Positions 56,216 through 64,000 of a stretch of 64,000 bases of DNA are shown here, piece by piece (positions within the stretch are counted from its first letter, which is position 1; the number at the start of each line of letters is the position of its first letter). The DNA comes from Bugula neritina (taxonomy: Eukaryota > Animalia > Bryozoa). The stretch spans positions 8,526,741-8,590,740 of the forward strand of contig OZ037768.1 of assembly GCA_964035545.1 (NCBI GenBank). Reading direction: 5' to 3'. The notes beneath the pieces were generated by a model that saw only the letters and a list, made by a program, of their open reading frames with translations, was not told where the DNA came from and did not search any database. Position numbers and translations under genes: made by a program.

Positions 56216-56228
56216 GTTGCTAGGCGAC
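56216..56228. promoter_or_regulatory. RFX X-box in the CFAP90 promoter
   Basis: GTTGCTAGGCGAC, one mismatch from the ciliary X-box GTTGCTAGGCAAC, in a locally GC-rich patch about 650 bp upstream of the ATG and just upstream of a probable 5'UTR exon (GTATGT donor near 56143). Confidence 0.7.
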
Positions 56229-59200
56229 CACAAAAGGCCGAACGGTTTTGCTGAAGTAGTAAAAAGAGTGGATAAATCTAAAAGGTAAATTATTCGTCTG
56301 CTCCGGCTGTTGTGGATGAGGGTTTTGTTTCAAGGCTTGTCCCCTCATCAGCACAGAATGGAGTATTATGGTCTATACAATTGAAATAGAAAAAACTGAT
56401 TTTTCTCTTAAAACGTATCTCTAAGATGTGTTAATTCGAGTTAAAGTGCTAATTACTGAGTACAAAATATAGGCATTATAAAAGCAATGCAATTCCATTG
56501 CTGTTATTATTACAATTTTTCCCCATGTTTTGTTTAAACATCGTAGGCATCCAGGTTATTTTGATAAAATCAATTACTGTTAATTAAAAGATCATACTTT
56601 TTTAGTTGCATTCACAAAATATATACAAAAAATCTCAACTCAATATACCAGAAAAAATGAATTAAAATATATGTGTTAATAGCACTGATATTGACGTGAC
56701 CGTGGCACATGAAAAATCTGAAAGAAGAGTTGTCTTCTATTTTTCTATATTAATATATAGAGCTTGTCGTGAAAATAAAGATTTTTTTAAAAAAATATTG
56801 TGACCCTCTGGTAATTCCCTGAATTTAGAAAATTAGCTCATATATTTCTTTCCATGTGGCCAACAGCTCACTTTTTTTTAAATTAATTTTGAAGCTCTTT
56901 TCGTAAAAAAATAATCAAAAGTAAAAAATCCAAAATTTTTACAAATTGGTTCGGGGCTTGACGTGAAAGGCATTTGGACGAAGATGTCAAGGTCACCATT
57001 AGGAAATTTATTTCATCACAATTCACAATACTGCACGGAAAGTTAATGAAGTGAGCTGAAAATTAGATTGCTAGCATATTGATATACATTATATTGATTG
57101 TTGCAGTATTATTTTTTAAATTTGTTTTGTTATCAGTTATGTTTAACTTCTTCATAGAGCTGCTGTTAGACTAAGAGTAAGACATAATATTAGCAACAAT
57201 GATAATATTAAATTAAAATCATTATGATTATTAAATTCACGGTGAAGTATCACTATCACTATGAGTATGAGTATCGTATAAATTAATTATGAGTATGAGT
57301 ATCACTATGACATTAACTCAATCAGTGATTGACTATTACTATGAATATGACTATGCATAACTCAATGAGAATATCAATACGAATATCAATATGGCTTCTA
57401 ATTCCTGTAACTTTTGACTATCACTATGACGATGCTTATAGTGATAATCACTGCCAGCCCAAGTATCATACTCATAGTGATACTACTACTATTGTCTTTT
57501 AGTATTAATAATTAGTATTACTATTAGTACAACTACTAGTATTACTCATAGTTCTGATAATGATGCAGATGATAGTTTTAAAAGTTCTACTTCTACTTTT
57601 ATAGTATTACTATTAGTAAGCTAGATTGTATATGTTGAACTCTACTCGTTTTTTACTACTTATGCTAATACTAATACTTGCAATGATAGAAAATTAATTA
57701 GTTGCTTGAGGAACATTGAGCTACAGGTCTAAAATGATTTAGTTTTGTGATCCCTTATATAACAAAATAATTTTTTTAAACTGGTTTGATACTTTTATTA
57801 TAAACACGCTTATCAAAGTAACATGTTTTTGATGTATATTCTATTAAAAAAGCAATCACACCAGGTTTTCAATTTGTATGTTGTACAAAGATTATTATAG
57901 TGACAAGTTACTAAATTATATGGTTCAGCTTTGTAAAGTAAAGCTGATAAAATAAATACAATTATGTGATTGTTTTACTGCTATATATTAATTTTAAATG
58001 AGTTGAATAATATCCTAGTGCAGTGAATTAGATATTTTTTTAGCTTTGGTACACCTGTTTGTTATAGGCTAACATTCCACCAATAGAAGAATGGTGCAAG
58101 TAGAAGAAATTTCAGGCGCAGAAAGCTAAGGAGCAGTCAGAATGCTGCCAGAGTTGTGAAGAGGCACTTGAAAAAGCTGAATTTCAATAATGACATGAAA
58201 TTCGTAACAGATCACCCTGGTGTAATTGAACTGACATGGCCAGCAGAGTTCTCGAAGTCACATACAACAGCTATTTACATCATCATGGTTAGCTTAAATT
58301 TAATTCCTATATCAGTCTCTTATATATAGTTTGATATCTGCTGTAAATTCGCTTAAGGAGCATACTTATAACCAAAACTGAGTTACACTATAGTATTTGT
58401 TCTTGAATATATTTACCAAGATAAGTAGATTTGCTAATTCATTAACAGTAAAATTATAATGATACAACAATTTTTCTTTTAGATGATTCAACCAATAACA
58501 CAAGACACTACAACATGGTTTTGCAGTTATAGAGTATTAATTTTCTGGCTCTTTCCAAATCTTCATAGAAGGCAAAGAAAACCACTGTCAGCTTGCCTTT
58601 ATAACTGAGTGCACGCGTCTTCCACCTACAGATGATGATAAACAATTTGCTGGTGTGGAACTTTCTAATTTTGTTTACAATGAAGATAGATTATAGGACA
58701 TTATTCTTTATGTAAAGATTGTCAAGTTTTGTTATAATTAAGAACAGTTTTAGTTTCAATAAATCAGTTCAACATTATGGACATCATTGCACAAACATTT
58801 TAATCTTTACTATCTACAAAGGTATCTGATGACTACTTGAAAATAAAAAACTATGCTCCAGATACACAATGAACTGACCAGCAAAGTTAAAATGAGTTGG
58901 AGATGTAGAACATAATATCTTGTTCAAGGCTTTTCCCTGCTGTTGGAACCTTCTACTTCAGAACACTGAATTGAACAAACATATGTAGATATATGAAACT
59001 TTGCAAACAATAATAATGTGAAATTAGTTGCTAAGTATCACATTGCTAATAAATACAGCATTGTGTAATGTTTTATTTAATTTTTTAATTTTACTATATT
59101 ATAACTAATAAATTGCAAACACATTATGTCAGACCAGTTTCCATTTAAATAGAATAGTGTAGGCTATCACATTTGTAGAAGTAAAAAACCGCATTCTTAT

Positions 59201-61660
59201 TGAGTAAAATACTTGCCTTTTTTACATGATGCCTCTACTGCTAAAAAGAGAAGTTTTTATCAATACAGCTCCATCAATCTGTATCCTGATGAAACTAGTA
59301 GTTTAGGAACATTTGTGGCGGGGAGTGTAGGCTGAGCTGCAGTATAGGAAGAACCCCAACATATGTAATCTATTCAGCACATTATATGTATATTTATTCA
59401 AAAAAGAATTTAGAAAATGCTTTATGAAGCATGAACAAAGTAAAAATTAATGCTGGTGAAAGTAATATTACACCCATTAGAATTACTAGCAGCTATAACA
59501 TTAAAATTATGTATTTTCATAAAAATGTGTCTAATTTATGCTACAAAGTTATTACTGCCAAAGGTTACAAAATTTACCAGTCACATTCATGCAGCTGGCG
59601 GAGAATAACTAACCTTCACATGCAATAAATACAATTAGTAGCTCAATCTAAAACTAATGCGCTATTAAATGTTAGGAGTATAAGTTATAGTTATTCTAAG
59701 GAATAATTGCAAAAAAAGTTACTTAGAGGAATTTAACTCTTATTATAATGTAACAATCTTCCAAGATATATTACAACATCACTACTTGGATGCATACAAT
59801 GTCATGTTTATATTGGCATTAACATAATTTTTAATAATTTCCAATCTATTAACTTGAGCATTATGATTGTGATTATTTTATAAATAAGGTGATGATTAGG
59901 CACTGTTGGTATTTTGGTTCAATTTAATAGCTGTAACAGGCAGAGCTGTAAATATAATGGATATATCAAAATTCCAATGGGTATAGTACTCTAACACAAC
60001 ATTGATACTAATAATTGTAGTCACTTACTCTTAGAGTTAGTAAATAATGATACAGTCATAACAATCTGAATATCAATCAGCATTAGAGATAGACTGACTG
60101 CTTTATAATATTATAGTTATTATGTCAAATTGAATTTATTCACTTTAACTATAAAAATTATGATTATAATTATAAATTAAAATAATTTAAATATTATATA
60201 ATATATTGATAATTATTGGAATCATAATTATATTTATTGTTATGATCATTATGATTATAATTATTTAATATTATCTTTATGTTTGTATTTAAAGTTGTTC
60301 CTTAAATTTAAAGTTGTTTAAGTTTTATAAATTTATTATAATTATATTACTGTATAAGTATTGCTATTGGCATTAGTATAATTAAATTATTATAATTTAT
60401 ATTTTATTATTTACATTTATTTTACTTTTTATTTTAAGACCAGCAGTTCAAATTAATACTTGTTTCGTTTGCTTTATACTATAACTTACAAGTACAACTA
60501 TTAACATAATATTACATTTGCCATTACTATAAATATAAATATTTATATAGCTATGACTATCAGTATCACTTATAACTAATACTATAACTATAAGTATTAC
60601 TATTACGTATTAGTATTAGTTTCGAAACCTATCCTGCTCCGTAACATACTGATACGGTCATATGATTATCATTATGATTAATAATAGTATTAATAAATAG
60701 GACCATTAAATATTATTAATAATACTAATAGTCATAGACAATAGACAATAGTCAATAAACATAGTCATAGTCATAGTGATAGACTGATACTCACACTGAT
60801 ACTCACACTGATACTCACATTGTGATACTGATAGTCATTCACTGATTCAGTTACAAATTTTAAACTTGGTTTTCAAGGAGACAACTAGTACTACTAACCT
60901 ATAATTCATCACAAAACCGTTGAAAGTCATTTACTGCATATTTAAGAGTAATTTTTTGGTAGTGTGGTCGACATGATAATTGAAATTAAAATAGTGAGGA
61001 TCATTATTTTGTGATTTACAGCAAGTTACAAACTAGCGAAATGGAATAGTCCATTTGAAAACAGTCAAATTAGTTATCTTTCTTGCTGTTGCGTAGCTAA
61101 CGTTAGTTATTAGTAGCCGCCCGAAGAGTAACATTCATGTGATTTGAGCTACGAATGACGATGATCTGAGACAAACCCGCCTTTAATAACTTTACGCGGT
61201 ATAAACTCACGCTACAATAGGGCTATTTTGCCATCCCCACGTCAGAATAGGACACGGAGGGCAAGCTCGCGGGCAAGTCTGGGCAAGTCTAAGACACCTA
61301 ATATGACCACTTTTACTTGCATTTCTGTAGTGTTTTCGTCTAAGAAATTGGATGAAATGCTGATAAAACAGTTGAAAAGCATGCAAACTTTTGCTCAAAT
61401 GTAATAGATAACCTGGAAGCTTACGGCCTTTAACAGAATAGACACAGTTCTACTGTTATAGTATTTTAAAAGCAAATAACATATTATATGTTGTTGCTCA
61501 GTAGCTCAAAATTTGAAAAATTGTTGATATATTGTTTTTTAAAATAACTTTCCAACATGTATCCTTACATATTATTGCATAAATTATATACACCATGTTA
61601 GTCATTAGTATTAAAAATTATTTATTGTGGTCATCTGTACCACATTATGCAACATGAAAT

Positions 61661-61740
61661 CATCATCATCATCATTAGCTGTCCTTCGTGTCCGAAGATG
61701 ACTTCCGGTGAATCATGGTCCTCCAACATCCAACATCCTC
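61661..61740 (-). mobile_element. 5'-truncated non-LTR retroelement fragment (RTE-like 3' tail) with 11-bp TSD
   Basis: CAACATGAAAT direct repeats at 61650-61660 and 61741-61751. The minus strand ends ...TCGGACACGAAGGACAGCTAA(TGA)n, a simple-repeat tail with TCGGACACGA as in RTE/BovB-type 3' ends. Confidence 0.6.
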
Positions 61741-64000
61741 CAACATGAAATATTACAGTAAATATAAATGAAAAGGAGATAAAACTGAAAGTAATTGTCG
61801 GCAAGTAGCAATATTATAAAAATAAATGAAGGATTTTCTAAATAATACCCATTGAAGGTTTTTTGGCATTTCTTTTTGCAAAGTTGAATTCTAGATTTGC
61901 TATGAACTAGCCTGCATAAAGACAGGCCAGAAGACTAATGAAGGTAACTGTTATATGTTGATTTATGCAAATGTAAATTAGTAGGAAGTAGGAGTTTATG
62001 TGGGTCTTTGTTATAGCACTTACTCATTGCTAGTTGATGGAAAACCAAATGGAATCTCAACACAACAGCTGATAGAAATGTGTTAGTGAAGGAGTTGGAG
62101 ATAATTTTAAACAATCTGTGGGCAGAAATTTGTAGTGTTCAACAATTTAGCAAGCAAGCATACACCATTTGTAATGGAGGGGTAGGTAGTGTTTGAAGGT
62201 TGTAGATTTCAGCAATAGCTTATGTTCAATTATAAAAGAGGTTTTAACATGCAAGGGCATTTTTGCAGGGTATTTTTTGCATAACATAAAAATTATTTAT
62301 ATTATAGAAAAATGGCTGTTAGAGTTGGAAGATACAGTTAAACTGTAATAGGAGTGAATTCAGCTGCAGTAGCGCAGTTTGAAAGTTTAAACAATAACCT
62401 AAATTGTGTGATGGTCGTAGGACGTGGATGACATAATTAATTGTAAAGCAATATTGTTAAAAATATAAACAGTCTAATAAATAACATTCCACTATCTAAT
62501 TCTGGTGTGATAAAGTGCAAGTTTTAAATAACTAAACAAAATTTACAAAAACACACACCAGAAAAAATCTGTTAACACAAATGGAAAATGGGAAACTTTT
62601 ATTAGCATTTATTTAATGAAACCCAAGTTCTAACAAATAATTGCTGCTGCTCTGTAAGAGCACTAGTCTGCTCCCAACCAACACTAGCATATGAGATCAA
62701 GTAAATGCAATGAACTGAAATATTTTATTTCAATGAGTAAAATATATGCCACAGTTCAGTATTTCCCATTAGAATAATGTCTATAAATAATTAGCAATAG
62801 TAAAAATTGAATAGATAATCTTAAATTTATTTCAATGATAATTTTAAAACTACCTAGTGCATAGATTTGTTTATTAGTTTGGAAAAAAAAGAAATTTGGA
62901 TGAGCACGGCTATTCTGAGTTTCTCATGTGATCACATTTTAAAGCAAAATAAATTTTTCCTCTGAGCTGGTTCTTGACTCACTTGAGATATAACCAGGTC
63001 TGCTTAATAACATATTAAGTACTATAAACTTTTGACCTAAATTGTTACAGCTTTTAATTTATGTTTAGGAAGCAGGGTTTTGTTGTGTAAATAAACGAAA
63101 ATTAAAAATAACTTGGGAATTCCTCCTGTTTACAGTCTATTTCAAAACCTTCGTATCTTATCAATACAATTTACCCTAGACCTAGAGCTTTCATCGCGAA
63201 TCCATTATTACGCAAAACATACGCGCATGCGTTTATTAACTAGGCCGGAAATCAAGGCTACAAACAAATCAAATTCTTTGGATTTCCAAGGATACATAAA
63301 TTTAATTTTTATGAACTCACATTTACTTTGGTAAGTATAAATAATAATGAGTTTGTTTAAACAAGGTTGCTAATACTTGACCCATTTTTTAGTATCATAC
63401 TTCATATTATTAATAATGACATTATATTCATTATGATTATAAATAAAATAAAAATGCAATTAATTATTAAATTAAAATTAAAAATAAATAAAATATAAAT
63501 ATTTAAATTAAAATTAATATTATATGATAATAATTATAATATTTGAATGATAGCAATAATATATTATTATTTATAATAACATAAATAAAAATGAAAATGT
63601 TTAACAGTTTGATTTTACTGTAATAAGTTTAATACTAATACTAATAGTAATAGTAATACTAATAACTAATAAGTAATAGTAATATAGATACTCACTACTC
63701 AGGCTATCACCATCACTATGAGTATGACTATCAGTATCAGCATAACTTATAAAACTAAAATAAACTGTATAATTATAATAATATTATTAATAAATTCAAA
63801 TTGCAAATTTAACCTTAGCAATATGAATATTAATTATGCATAGTTAATCAATGCTATCAATGTCTTAGTGCTGTTTAACACTAACTGTATTACTATTATT
63901 CATTTTGTTGTATAATCATATTGATATTCATATTGATCTTCATAGTGTTACTCATGCTGTTAGCAGTAGTAACAGCAACACTAATAGTATTTCAAACTGT

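Noticed and set aside
58068-58610. Exon-like + strand segments downstream of the CFAP90 promoter (about 80-codon open frame at 58087-58329)
   Set aside because: No recognisable protein and no consistent start or frame across the putative exons; could be lncRNA or decayed sequence but cannot be supported.

Overview
AT-rich, intron-rich invertebrate animal genomic DNA; the species cannot be determined from the sequence. Gene order: first coding exon of an RNase H1-like gene (-, cut off by the window edge); sarcosine dehydrogenase copy A (+, 19 exons); vesicular GABA/glycine transporter VGAT/SLC32A1 (+, 2 exons); a five-Ig, single-pass Sidestep/nephrin-like receptor (-); sarcosine dehydrogenase copy B (-, inverted paralog showing patchy gene conversion with copy A); a 1.2-kb perfect (CA)n; MTRFR/C12orf65 (+); CFAP90/C5orf49 (-, RFX X-box promoter). 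Intron 1 of CFAP90 holds a very young 7.4-kb Ty3/Gypsy LTR retrotransposon: 305-bp LTRs differing at one base, ATAT TSD, tRNA-Leu PBS, a -1 frameshift cassette and a G9 run that breaks the pol frame. Best candidate for an undescribed system: in the env position this element carries a non-env third ORF built like a transcription factor (acidic N-terminus, two zinc fingers, basic NLS-like patch, coiled coil). Its LTR contains a palindrome that could be the target site, its Gag zinc knuckle is degenerate, and ORF3 is bracketed by strong splice signals. Also seen: a GATC-palindrome MITE, a short RTE-like retro-fragment with TSD, and 6-periodic ATASTS tracts that recur beside promoter-like regions. 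Exon structures were read by eye; homology calls come from recalled family motifs, not database searches.
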